DNA of 48,569 nucleotides from Cyclobacteriaceae bacterium (GCA_009885605.1 VFKK01000064.1:1-48569); one strand, 5' to 3'. Numbered from the stretch's first letter, positions 1 through 9,857 are shown. The notes: generated from the letters alone by a model not told the origin. Translations and numbers: made by a program.

Positions 1-452
1 GAGCCTCCGCTAACCAAGATTCCGGAAGCTTCTGAAGGGAAACTCATCAGTTGCTTGCACCAGTTGACGACTTGCCTGTCCACATACATTGCAGAATGCT
101 CTCCGATTGCAACGTTTGGATTCATCCCTGATGCTAATAAATCCGCCAGAACTCCCATTGGAGTTCCTGTTCCCTGGATCCAGGCAAAGAACCGGGGATG
201 AACATTGCCCTTGTTGTAAGGGAATATAAATTGCTGAAAATCCGAATAAACTTCTTCCGGAGATTTCCCTTTCGCAGGGATTGATGAATCAAAGAAATCC
301 TTCACCTCTTTCGGAATCGGTCTCCAAACAGGCTTTTCACGGATTTGCTGCCAATAGTCCATCAGATCGTCTATCATTTGATGTCCGAGCGCGCGCATTG
401 CGTCCCAATCTTCAGGATCAAGTGTGAGGTCATTTGAGTGATTTGGAGTCAT
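1..452 (-). CDS. PLP-dependent group II (aromatic-L-amino-acid-type) decarboxylase, 5' part; runs off the window
   Basis: Not in the ORF track. Manual translation from ATG at 452 gives MTPNHSNDLTLDPEDWDAMRALGHQMIDD...NVHPRFFAWIQGTG...GILVSGGS, typical of Pyridoxal_deC N-termini. Overlaps the sulfatase stop by 23 bp. Confidence 0.85.
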   Translation of the reverse strand, partial: MTPNHSNDLTLDPEDWDAMRALGHQMIDDLMDYWQQIREKPVWRPIPKEVKDFFDSSIPAKGKSPEEVYSDFQQFIFPYNKGNVHPRFFAWIQGTGTPMGVLADLLASGMNPNVAIGEHSAMYVDRQVVNWCKQLMSFPSEASGILVSGG

Positions 453-2220
453 TTTTATTTTTTTCTGTAGGGATTAATCGCAAACTGTATAGTTCACCGA
501 CACCCTCGGGGTTAATATGTATTGCAGAAAGGGTGAGTTTATCCTCTCCTGAATTCAAGGTTATTTTTCCAAGGAGGGTTTTTTTCCAGGTTTGTTCAGG
601 AGCCTCTTTCCTTGGAACGCGGTCGGTACTGGCAATACGGCCAGGTTCAAAAGGCTCATCCAAAGCTTTGGACAAAATGGAATTGGATGTCTGGAGTATC
701 AGGGTTGCTCCGATTTGGGATTGATGGGCTGTGTATTCTATCCAAACTTCATAAACTCCCGCGTCTAGGACATCCAGACTCCAAGAGAGACTATCACTTT
801 CTTTTTTCCAATTTTTAACCCAATCTTGGGCCCATCCATGTCCTTCGAAAAAGCTTAACTCCCCGAAAAGCTGGCTTTCGTAGGCGGGCAGAATAATTTG
901 GTCAGATATTTTACTTATGGGAATTCTCCTTGTCATTGATATGTCCGAAGATATTTGTTGCCACCAATTTTTATAATCGCTTTCCATGGAAGAGACCAAG
1001 GCAGGATACGAAATGGCCAGGTTTTTTTTCTGCTCCGGATCGTTTTTCAGATCATATAATTCCAAACTCGAAGTAAGTAAAGAAAGCAGCAAAGAATCCT
1101 TTCTAAGAGCTCCCGGTCGGTCTTTGAGGACTTTGTCCAACTGCGCTACATGAGTGTAAATTGCTCTAGATGAAATCTCTTTTCCCTCAAACAGTGGAAC
1201 CAAAGAAATTCCATCCAGTGTCTTTTGGCCAGTGTTTTCCACTCCCAAAAAATCCACGATCGTGGGAAATATATCAATATGGGCTGCAGGAGAAGAAATA
1301 AGTCCGGGAGTGATCTTGCCAGGCCACTTCCAAAAACTTGGCACCCTGACGCCTCCTTCGTGAACAGAGCCTTTTATTCCTTTCATGCCAACATTGAATC
1401 GCTGGCCATTTGGGCCATTATCAGTTAAAAAAATAACCAAGGTGTTTTCCGTCAAATCCAATTCCTCCAACAAATCCAAAACACGTCCAACATTCTCATC
1501 TACATTACTAACCATTCCATAAATCGATGCAAGCTCGTCATCCAATCCTGCCTCTTTATAGGGCAGGAAATACTTATCTGGAACCTGATGAGGACTGTGA
1601 GGGGTATTAATCGACATGTAAGCGAAAAAGGGGTGCTCCTTGTTTTCTGTGATAAAGTCCATGGTCTCATTGGTAAGGATATCCGGTAAATATCCCTCGA
1701 AAGGCAATTCCTCTCCGTTTTTTTCCAAATGAGTATCAAAATAATTAGACCAATGCCCGGCAGCAAAACCGGTAAATTCCTCGAATCCTTGGCTGAGGGG
1801 ATGATTTGGGTGATGCTGTCCATTATGCCATTTTCCAAAAATCCCAGTGCTATAGCCTTGATCAAGTAACAGTTCCGCCAAGGTATATTCCTCCGAATCC
1901 ATAGTTTCCAGACCATTGGAGACAGACACTACCCCAGTCCGTAAATGATAACGGCCCGTCAGCAAACTAGCCCGGGTAGGAGCGCAAAGCGGACTGACAT
2001 AAAACCGTTCAAATCTTGCCGACTCTCTGGCCAGCTGGTCCAAATTGGGGGTTTTCACCCATTCATTTCCATGAATTCCTAAATCGCCATATCCTTGGTC
2101 ATCTGTTAGAATTAGCAGAATATTTGGCTTCGTTGGCGTTTCGGCGGATTTGCAGGAAAAAAGAAAAACTAATCCGCCAGCCAAAAGAAAAGAGAAGATT
2201 CTTTTTAGGAGAAAGCTCAT
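430..2220 (-). CDS. Arylsulfatase (S1 family, Cys-type), probable lipoprotein
   Basis: PNILLILTDDQGYGD, catalytic CAPTRASLLTGR (CxPxR), GKWH and DNG motifs; lipobox-like FLFSC. Confidence 0.93.
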   Translation of the reverse strand: MSFLLKRIFSFLLAGGLVFLFSCKSAETPTKPNILLILTDDQGYGDLGIHGNEWVKTPNLDQLARESARFERFYVSPLCAPTRASLLTGRYHLRTGVVSVSNGLETMDSEEYTLAELLLDQGYSTGIFGKWHNGQHHPNHPLSQGFEEFTGFAAGHWSNYFDTHLEKNGEELPFEGYLPDILTNETMDFITENKEHPFFAYMSINTPHSPHQVPDKYFLPYKEAGLDDELASIYGMVSNVDENVGRVLDLLEELDLTENTLVIFLTDNGPNGQRFNVGMKGIKGSVHEGGVRVPSFWKWPGKITPGLISSPAAHIDIFPTIVDFLGVENTGQKTLDGISLVPLFEGKEISSRAIYTHVAQLDKVLKDRPGALRKDSLLLSLLTSSLELYDLKNDPEQKKNLAISYPALVSSMESDYKNWWQQISSDISMTRRIPISKISDQIILPAYESQLFGELSFFEGHGWAQDWVKNWKKESDSLSWSLDVLDAGVYEVWIEYTAHQSQIGATLILQTSNSILSKALDEPFEPGRIASTDRVPRKEAPEQTWKKTLLGKITLNSGEDKLTLSAIHINPEGVGELYSLRLIPTEKNKNDSKSLK

Positions 2221-2585
2221 TTTTTAAAGATAAAGTAAACTGCCAAAATCAGAAAAATCGCTCCGATCAGGTGATTCAGTTTGAGAGTTTCTGTTTTGAA
2301 AGCTATCAGGGTGAAAATCATGAAAACGACTAAAGTGATCACTTCCTGGATGACTTTCAATTCTACAAGAGAAAAAGGGCCTCCATTTCCGGAGAAACCA
2401 ATTTTGTTAGCGGGAACCTGAAACATGTATTCGAAAAGTGCGATTCCCCAGCTGATTAAGATAACTGAAACGATTCCCAGCTTGTTAAACCAGTTCCACT
2501 CGGCAAACTTCAAATGACCGTACCAAGCAAGCGTCATAAAACTATTGGAAAGGACAAGTAAACCGATGGTGAGGAGTGCTTTCAT
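2217..2585 (-). CDS. DMT superfamily small membrane protein (DUF486-like)
   Basis: SNSFMTLAWYGHLK, SWGIALFEY..QVPAN.IG and LKVIQEVITL motifs; ATG at 2585 preferred over the track start at 2615. Confidence 0.85.
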   Translation of the reverse strand: MKALLTIGLLVLSNSFMTLAWYGHLKFAEWNWFNKLGIVSVILISWGIALFEYMFQVPANKIGFSGNGGPFSLVELKVIQEVITLVVFMIFTLIAFKTETLKLNHLIGAIFLILAVYFIFKK

Positions 2586-2664
2586 AGACGAGGATTTTAA
2601 TTCTCGAATTTGCAAAAAAGGCAGATCACCTCAAGTAAGTTTTATGATACCGAATCTTAAAAAA

Positions 2665-2910
2665 TCAACTTGATACATCTCGGAAAGATGACTTTTTGTA
2701 ATTTTTATAAAGCCCAATTACTATCAAAATAATGGATGGCCAAAAAGTGAGACCTGCCATCATTCCAAAAATCACAGGATTTGGATTGGGGTCATCACCA
2801 AACCCAAGAGCCGCTAGACTAATAGTAACTATCAAAGGTCCGCTCCCAATTATTAAAAGAACTAATCCAACAATCAACAAGACATTCTTTTTAGTTTTAG
2901 GGTTCACCAT
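2665..2910 (-). CDS. Small two-TM membrane protein, function unknown
   Basis: Two hydrophobic helices around DDPNPNP; ATG at 2910 preferred over 2961. Confidence 0.7.
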   Translation of the reverse strand: MVNPKTKKNVLLIVGLVLLIIGSGPLIVTISLAALGFGDDPNPNPVIFGMMAGLTFWPSIILIVIGLYKNYKKSSFRDVSS

Positions 2911-3005
2911 GGTTAAATCGAAACAGGAAATCACGAAGTGTTGAATATTAAGGTAAAACAAAATATATCGGGGTAAAATAAAAAACGTATAAGCCCCTTA
3001 TTCTC

Positions 3006-3152
3006 TTAAAAAATAATCTGACACATCTCTTCCGGCTTCCTGACCTAAACCTATAGGATTTTGAATTTCTTCAGATCTAAGTTTTCACGGAATATTTAGA
3101 AACATTGATTTTTTTGGAACTCAGCTTGTGCCTTCAGCAATTTGGGGTTTTC
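3006..3152 (-). pseudogene. radA: Degenerate duplicate of the radA 3' end
   Basis: Direct repeat of 5578-5724. 63/74 identity over the first 74 nt, including 23 identical nt (3057-3079 = 5629-5651); CAG>TAG stop and small indels. Confidence 0.93.
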
Positions 3153-3169
3153 CAGTAAATGTGCTAGCG

Positions 3170-4111
3170 TTAGAGGCCTGTAGTTTTTCTTATATGCTTA
3201 ATCAAATTCCCCCGTTTTCCCCACGCAAGGAAAAAACGCAACTCTGAAGGATGAATGGCTAATTTTTTTAAAACCCAGTCCAAAGGATATCCGGCTAATC
3301 GTTTGATCAACAGTTTTGGATTAAAGAACAACTCCTGCTGCAGTTTTTTATGAGCGAAAATTGCAGCCATTTCATACATTTTCGCTTTAAAAAGACTGTC
3401 ATTCAGTTTATTGAAAAAAAATTCATGTTCAAAACTTGATTTCTTTTTATAGGAGTCTTTTCTTTCTCCGCTTAAGATCACCAAAACACCCGTACGGGTT
3501 GGGAAATGGAATTTGACACCTGAATTCCAGGCTCTGAAAAGCCATTCCTGTGACGGGGTAAAATAAAGGTCTTTCTCCATTTTCCACGGTCCGATTTGGT
3601 CCACAGTGCTCCTCTTGAAAAACCAGCAAGAAGCGACACTAAACACATTACTTGAAAAGTTTCCATTTGGATGAACACTCACCAGATGGGCCTCAAAATT
3701 TTCCTTAATGAGGTCTTCGTGTTTGACAGGCGGAATTTTTAGACCTGGGACTACCAGGAATTCTACCTTATTTATTTCCAGTTCAGAAATACAATTGGCG
3801 AGGTGTGAGGGAAAATACATATCATCCTGATTCAGGAAGGCAACGTATTGTCCCGTCGCCAGTGTTAATCCTACATTGTTGGGCTTGGCCTGTTGTCCGC
3901 TATTTTCTTCCAGATTGATAAACCTGATCCGGTCGTCCAGGAAGGAAGACACACACTCGGCAGTATCATCAGTGCAACAATCCCCAACCACGATTATTTC
4001 CCAATGTGAATAATCGGAATCCATCACACTCTGAATGGCAAATTTCAACAGATGGCTGCTGTTGTACGTGGCTATGATGATTGAAACCAGAGGATTTTCC
4101 AAGCGAATCAT
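3170..4111 (-). CDS. Glycosyltransferase family 2
   Basis: VSIIIATYN, EIIVVGDCCTDDT and YVAFLNQDD GT-A motifs. Confidence 0.9.
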   Translation of the reverse strand: MIRLENPLVSIIIATYNSSHLLKFAIQSVMDSDYSHWEIIVVGDCCTDDTAECVSSFLDDRIRFINLEENSGQQAKPNNVGLTLATGQYVAFLNQDDMYFPSHLANCISELEINKVEFLVVPGLKIPPVKHEDLIKENFEAHLVSVHPNGNFSSNVFSVASCWFFKRSTVDQIGPWKMEKDLYFTPSQEWLFRAWNSGVKFHFPTRTGVLVILSGERKDSYKKKSSFEHEFFFNKLNDSLFKAKMYEMAAIFAHKKLQQELFFNPKLLIKRLAGYPLDWVLKKLAIHPSELRFFLAWGKRGNLIKHIRKTTGL

Positions 4112-4112
4112 T

Positions 4113-5342
4113 TTAATCGATGCCTTCTAATCTATCGGCTACTTTCACCGCCAAATAGGGGATCAGGGTGTATTTACCCGTATTTACAGAATGGTAATTA
4201 GTGAAAGTTCTTATTCCTACTTCATGTCGCGTGTGGAGTTTACTTTCGTGTTTGTCCACATCTGTGTTGCCAAGGGCAAATATTACTCCGCCTACAGGAC
4301 TAACGTCTTCCGGACTGAATTTCAAATTATCCAAAGCAGGAATTCGGTTTGATAACTCCTTGAAGCTCCTCAAAAAAATGTCATCCCGTTCAGAATCAGA
4401 ATACATCTGATCCCATTCAGGCGGTCTGTCTTGTTCCGACCATCCCGTTCTTCCTATCGGGTACCAAGACATAAATGCCCCTTTTCCCTTGAAATTCACA
4501 GTGTCTCCAAAGGGACCCTGAACCATTGTGCAGGAAGGTAATTCATCCGATTTCAAGGGAATGAGGATCTTATTTCCAAATTTATATCGATGTGACCAGG
4601 AATTAATAGGCTCAATTCCCATGGTTCTGTCAATTTCAAGAAGTCCGTTCCAAGTAGAATTAACCACGTCCGTATACACTTCTTCCATTTTTATTTCTTC
4701 TCGGGTACTGCTGACTTTAAGTTTTGAGTCAATTTTCGAGACTGAATTAACTCTTGTATTGACCATCAAATTGATGGATGTAGTCGCCAGTAAGGCCGCT
4801 GTCAATTTTTCTGCGATGGTTCTGGGTTCTACGGAATATTCTGTCGTCGAGAAAACGTCATCGATATATTCAGGATTGACAATTCCATCAATCTTGGTTC
4901 GTGGCAGAAGCGAGGCATCGATAGTATCAAATAGGTCCAAGTACTTCTTTTTATAAAAAGTTTTGGCTTCGCCGTAGAAATCAATACACTTTTGGTAATG
5001 AGGCGCAAGTTCCTCGGCATTCATCAAGGATCCTTTATGAATGCAATAATTAAAAGGTGTTGAGATTACTTCTTCCGGATTTATCTCTACCCATCTTTTC
5101 AGGTTTGAAATGAAATGCAGTGCGCCGATAATCATTTCCCGGGAGGTGTGAAACTCCTTGTCCATCGCATAGATAAACCCCAGATGAATCTTTCCCTCAT
5201 TCACAAAACTGGCTTTTTTAATTGGCTCTGAGTGTTCTTCGTAGAGGTCTACTTGGTACCCGCGCTGCGAAAGTTCTAATGCCAGGCATGCTCCTAAACC
5301 GCCTGCTCCTAAGACGGCGATTTTACGGTTGATTTTATTCAA
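4113..5342 (-). CDS. FAD-dependent oxidoreductase (DAO/L-2-hydroxyglutarate oxidase-like)
   Basis: Rossmann IAVLGAGGLG...LYE, ASFVNEGKIHLG, C-terminal TGKYT; TTG start. Confidence 0.82.
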   Translation of the reverse strand: MNKINRKIAVLGAGGLGACLALELSQRGYQVDLYEEHSEPIKKASFVNEGKIHLGFIYAMDKEFHTSREMIIGALHFISNLKRWVEINPEEVISTPFNYCIHKGSLMNAEELAPHYQKCIDFYGEAKTFYKKKYLDLFDTIDASLLPRTKIDGIVNPEYIDDVFSTTEYSVEPRTIAEKLTAALLATTSINLMVNTRVNSVSKIDSKLKVSSTREEIKMEEVYTDVVNSTWNGLLEIDRTMGIEPINSWSHRYKFGNKILIPLKSDELPSCTMVQGPFGDTVNFKGKGAFMSWYPIGRTGWSEQDRPPEWDQMYSDSERDDIFLRSFKELSNRIPALDNLKFSPEDVSPVGGVIFALGNTDVDKHESKLHTRHEVGIRTFTNYHSVNTGKYTLIPYLAVKVADRLEGID

Positions 5343-5577
5343 ATTAGGAAGATTTAATTTTTTGAAGGAAAAGTAGCAATTAACTGGTAATAAGTAGGAA
5401 TTGGAAGCTTCCCAAAAATCTAAAAATTAGAGTAAGGCCTCAGCCGAAAACACATAATCCATTTGCTTGCAGGCTTTTGACTAATTAAAAAATATACTCT
5501 TCTTGATTCAAATAAAAATTTAATTAGCTTCTTCATTTAGGATTTTTAAGTCAGGAGAAAAATATTTTCAAATCTGA

Positions 5578-6951
5578 CTAGAAAATGATCTGATACATCT
5601 CTTCCAGCTTGCTGACCTGAACCACCACGATTTTGAATTTCTTCAGATCTAGGCCTTTGACGGCATATTTGGAGACGATGATTTTTTTGAAACCAAGCTT
5701 TTCGGCCTCGGCGATTCGGTTTTCGATTCTCGATACGGCGCGTATTTCTCCGCCAAGTCCAACTTCACCCGCAAAGCAAATCTGCTCCGAAACAGGAGTA
5801 TCCTCGTAGCTGGAAATCAGCGACGCACAAACCGCCAGATCCAATCCCGGATCATCTACGCGTAGTCCTCCAGCCACGTTCAGGAATACATCCTGCTGAC
5901 CAAGTCGCATTCCTCCACGCTTCTCCAAAACTGCCAATAGCATATTCAATCGCTTTGCATCGTGTCCGGTGCTGCTTCGCTGAGGTGTACCGTAAGTTGC
6001 CGGGCTCACGAGTGATTGGATCTCGATCAGAAGTGGTCTGTTTCCTTCCATCATGGCTCCGATCGCGACTCCGTTCAGTACTTCCTCTCGTTGCGTAAGC
6101 AAAATCTCAGAAGGATTTGCGACAGGACGAAGACCTTCGGCCCGCATCTCGTAGATTCCAAGTTCGTGGGTAGATCCGAAACGGTTTTTGGAAGTGCGTA
6201 GGATTCGGTACGTCAGATGTCTATCACCCTCAAACTGCAGAACGGTGTCCACCATATGCTCCAGGACTTTCGGGCCGGCGATCGAACCGTCCTTTGTAAT
6301 ATGGCCAATCAGGAAAACCGGAACGCCCGTTTCCTTGGCAAATTTCATGAGTTCGGCGGTGCATTCCCTGACCTGTGAGACAGATCCGGCCGCCGATTCC
6401 ACATATTGGCTATTCAGTGTCTGGATCGAATCGATGATCAAAAAATCAGGATTCAGGATTTCTATTTGTTGAAAAATCTGCTGGGTGTTGGTTTCGGAAA
6501 GCACATAGCAATCCTCATTTTTGGCGGACATCCTATCTGCCCGCATTTTGATTTGGGCTTCACTTTCCTCCCCCGATATGTAAAGAACCTTCTTTCCTCT
6601 AAGTGTCAAAGCAATCTGAAGCATGAGAGTAGATTTTCCGATTCCAGGTTCGCCTCCGATCAGAACCAGCGATCCCGGGACGATCCCTCCTCCCAAAACC
6701 CGGTCGAGTTCTGCATCTTTGGTTTCCCAGCGGGGTTGAAGATCATAGTTAACGTCTTGGATTTTTTGGGGTGTATTTGCTTTTTTGGTTGTGTTGGAAC
6801 TTGGCTTCCAGCTTCCTTTGCCTGAATCTTCCTTTTGAACGATTTCTTCCACATAGGTATTCCATTCTCCGCAGGAGGAACATTTGCCCAGCCATTTCGG
6901 GCTTTGTGCTCCGCAGTTTTGACAGAAAAAGGTGGTTTTTACTTTAGCCAT
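5578..6951 (-). CDS. radA: DNA repair protein RadA/Sms
   Basis: C4 zinc finger CQNC..CSSC, Walker A GEPGIGKST, KNRFG motif, Lon-like C-terminus. Confidence 0.98.
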   Translation of the reverse strand: MAKVKTTFFCQNCGAQSPKWLGKCSSCGEWNTYVEEIVQKEDSGKGSWKPSSNTTKKANTPQKIQDVNYDLQPRWETKDAELDRVLGGGIVPGSLVLIGGEPGIGKSTLMLQIALTLRGKKVLYISGEESEAQIKMRADRMSAKNEDCYVLSETNTQQIFQQIEILNPDFLIIDSIQTLNSQYVESAAGSVSQVRECTAELMKFAKETGVPVFLIGHITKDGSIAGPKVLEHMVDTVLQFEGDRHLTYRILRTSKNRFGSTHELGIYEMRAEGLRPVANPSEILLTQREEVLNGVAIGAMMEGNRPLLIEIQSLVSPATYGTPQRSSTGHDAKRLNMLLAVLEKRGGMRLGQQDVFLNVAGGLRVDDPGLDLAVCASLISSYEDTPVSEQICFAGEVGLGGEIRAVSRIENRIAEAEKLGFKKIIVSKYAVKGLDLKKFKIVVVQVSKLEEMYQIIF

Positions 6952-6955
6952 TCTT

Positions 6956-6987
6956 GAAATACGAGGGACAAATTACGAAATACGAGG
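6956..6987. promoter_or_regulatory. Direct repeat GAAATACGAGG x2 upstream of radA, candidate operator
   Basis: Identical 11-mers at 6956-6966 and 6977-6987 (21 bp period); the function is inferred. Confidence 0.4.
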
Positions 6988-7031
6988 AATAAGGATTTGG
7001 GAACCTCTTTCCCATTCCTCATTTTAAATTT

Positions 7032-9857
7032 TTAATGTGCTTCCAGCCAATCGTTACCGACTCCAACTTCCACTTCAAGCGGTACGGCTAATTTGATGGC
7101 ATTGGTCATGAGTCCGGGAATGTTTGCTTTCAGGATTTCCACTTCATCCTTGTGCGCATCGAAGACCAATTCATCATGTACCTGGAGGATCATTTTGGAC
7201 TTGAGGTTTTCCTTTTTCATCCAGTCGTGCACATGAATCATGGCAACTTTGATCAGATCGGCTGCGGATCCCTGAAGCGGCGCGTTGATTGCATTTCGCT
7301 CTGCGAAACCTCTCATGGTCTGATTTCGACTGTTGATATCACGCAGGTAGCGGCGACGTCCAAGGATCGTCTCGACAAATTCGTTTTTGCGTGCTTTTTC
7401 GATTGCTCCGTCCATGTATTGTTTCACTGCCGGAAACTCTTGAAAATAGGCATCGATGATTTCTTTTGCTTCTGTCCTTGGAATCCCGAGTCTCTGCGAA
7501 AGTCCGAATGCGGAGATACCGTAAATAATCCCAAAATTGGCTGTTTTCGCCTTTCTTCTCATATCACTCGTCACCTCTTCCAATGGAAGCTTGAAGATTT
7601 TTGCTGCGGTGGTGGAGTGGATATCCCGACCTGTTTTGAAAGCCTCGAGCATGGATTCATCGCCGGAGAAGGCGGCCATTATTCGAAGTTCGATTTGGGA
7701 GTAATCGGCAGAGAGTAGCACATGATTTTCATCTCTCGGCACAAATGCCTTTCGGATTTCTCTTCCTCGAGCAGTTCGGATTGGGATATTTTGAAGGTTT
7801 GGATTGACCGATGAAAGCCGTCCAGTTGCCGCGACGAACTGATTGTAGGTGGTATGAATTCTTCCGGTTTTTGGATTGATCATGGTAGGAAGCGCATCAA
7901 CATACGTTGATTTCAGTTTTACCATTTGTCGGTAATCCAGAATTGCTTCTGCGATTGGATGCTCGATAGCAAGTTTGCTCAGGATTTCTTCGCCGGTTGC
8001 ATACTGCCCGGTTTTAGTCTTTTTTGCTTTGGGATCAAGTTTCAGCTTTTCGAAAAGTACCTCGCCCAATTGCTTTGGTGAACCCAAATTAAATCTCACT
8101 CCTGCCAGTTCGTACACATGCTTTTCAATTTCCAGACTCTCCTTTTGCAAAAGAGTGGAAAGCTCCGCCAAACTGGAGGTATCAATCCGAACGCCTTCAA
8201 ATTCCATTTCGGAAAGAACATTGATCAGCGGATTTTCGACTTCGTTGAATAGCTTCACCAGATTATTTTCTTTTAATATCGGGTCAAACTTTGCTTTAAG
8301 CTGGAGTGTGATATCGGCATCTTCCGAGGCGTAGGCGGTCACTTCGTCTTCCTCCACATCCCGCATATTTCCCTGATTTTTTCCCTTTTTCCCGATCAAT
8401 TCCGTGATGGATACAGGTTTGTAATTCAGGTATTGCTGGGCCAGCCAATCCATCGAATGCTTCCCTTCAGGCTCGATGAGGTAGTGAGCAAGCATGGTAT
8501 CGTAGAGTGTTCCTTTGATATCGATCCCGTAGTTCTTCAGGACTAAGAGATCGTATTTGATGTTTTGGCCTATTTTGACAATTCCCGGATTTTCAAAGAG
8601 AGGACGAAGGATTTCCAGGATTTCCTGAGTTTCTTTTCTGTCTTCGGGACAAGGAATGTAATAGGCTTCGCCCGTGATGTAGGCGAAAGAAATCCCAACC
8701 AAATCAGCTTGCATAGCGTCAAGTGAAGTCGTTTCGGTGTCGAAGCAGATTTCTTTTTGAAGTAAAAGATAGCTTAGCAATTCCTTGACAGCATCCTCAC
8801 CTTTTATCTTATGATAATTGTGAATATTTGAAAGAATCGTTTCATAAACGGGCTCAGGCCCTACGTTCACGGTTTCCTCCTCAAATTCGGATTCCGCAAC
8901 CGGGGCAGATGCTGCTGCAGGAGCTCCAAACAATCCCAGTTGTTCGGGTTTTTGGATCGTTGCTTTTTTGCTCGGCTCTTTAAAAATCCTGCTTGCCAAA
9001 GTTCGGAATTCAAGTTCGGAGAAAAGCGCCCGAAGCTTTTGCTCATCTATTCCGTCAATAATCAGTTCGCTGTGGACAAAGCCAATTGGAACGTCCGTTT
9101 TGATGGTAGCGAGTTCTTTGGAAAGAAGACCCTGCTGAGCAAAGTTTTCCACATTTTCCTTCTGCTTTCCTTTTAGCTTTTCTGTGTTTTGAAGGAGGCC
9201 CTCGACAGATCCAAATTCCTTTAAAAGTTTGGTAGCAGTTTTTTCGCCGATTCCCGGAATTCCGGGGATATTATCCACCGCATCACCCATCAAGCCGAGA
9301 ATGTCCCGCACCTGATCCACATGCTCGATATCCCATCGGGCACAAACCTGCTTTGGCCCCATGACCTCTACACCGTTGCCCATGAAGGCTGGCTTGTACA
9401 AGAAAATATGGTCATCGACAATTTGACCGAAATCTTTATCAGGTGTCATCATGTACACGGTGAAGTCTTCCTTTTCAGCTTTCTTTGCCAAAGTACCGAT
9501 GATATCGTCCGCTTCGAATCCATCCATTTCTAAAATTGGAATGTTAAAAGCCCTGACAATTTCTTTTACCCAAGGGATCGAAACCGTAATATCTTCTGGT
9601 TGGGAAAGCCGATTTGCTTTGTATGGTTCATATTGGATATGCCGGAAAGTTGGGGCAGAAGTGTCAAAAGCTACCCCAATATGGGTAGGTTTTTCCTTTT
9701 CTAGTACCTCAAGTAAGGTGTTGGTAAACCCCAACATGACTCCCGTGTTGAGGCCTTTAGAGTTGATACGAGGGTTCTTGCTGAAGGCAAAATGAGCCCT
9801 GTAAATCAGGGCCATGGCATCTAGTAAAAAAAGCTTATACGCTTGTTTTTGGGACAT
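7032..9857 (-). CDS. polA: DNA polymerase I
   Basis: 5'-3' exonuclease (FEADDIIGT), 3'-5' exo domain (FDTETT), PolA motifs DYSQIELR, KTANFGIIYG and QVHDE. Confidence 0.99.
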   Translation of the reverse strand: MSQKQAYKLFLLDAMALIYRAHFAFSKNPRINSKGLNTGVMLGFTNTLLEVLEKEKPTHIGVAFDTSAPTFRHIQYEPYKANRLSQPEDITVSIPWVKEIVRAFNIPILEMDGFEADDIIGTLAKKAEKEDFTVYMMTPDKDFGQIVDDHIFLYKPAFMGNGVEVMGPKQVCARWDIEHVDQVRDILGLMGDAVDNIPGIPGIGEKTATKLLKEFGSVEGLLQNTEKLKGKQKENVENFAQQGLLSKELATIKTDVPIGFVHSELIIDGIDEQKLRALFSELEFRTLASRIFKEPSKKATIQKPEQLGLFGAPAAASAPVAESEFEEETVNVGPEPVYETILSNIHNYHKIKGEDAVKELLSYLLLQKEICFDTETTSLDAMQADLVGISFAYITGEAYYIPCPEDRKETQEILEILRPLFENPGIVKIGQNIKYDLLVLKNYGIDIKGTLYDTMLAHYLIEPEGKHSMDWLAQQYLNYKPVSITELIGKKGKNQGNMRDVEEDEVTAYASEDADITLQLKAKFDPILKENNLVKLFNEVENPLINVLSEMEFEGVRIDTSSLAELSTLLQKESLEIEKHVYELAGVRFNLGSPKQLGEVLFEKLKLDPKAKKTKTGQYATGEEILSKLAIEHPIAEAILDYRQMVKLKSTYVDALPTMINPKTGRIHTTYNQFVAATGRLSSVNPNLQNIPIRTARGREIRKAFVPRDENHVLLSADYSQIELRIMAAFSGDESMLEAFKTGRDIHSTTAAKIFKLPLEEVTSDMRRKAKTANFGIIYGISAFGLSQRLGIPRTEAKEIIDAYFQEFPAVKQYMDGAIEKARKNEFVETILGRRRYLRDINSRNQTMRGFAERNAINAPLQGSAADLIKVAMIHVHDWMKKENLKSKMILQVHDELVFDAHKDEVEILKANIPGLMTNAIKLAVPLEVEVGVGNDWLEAH

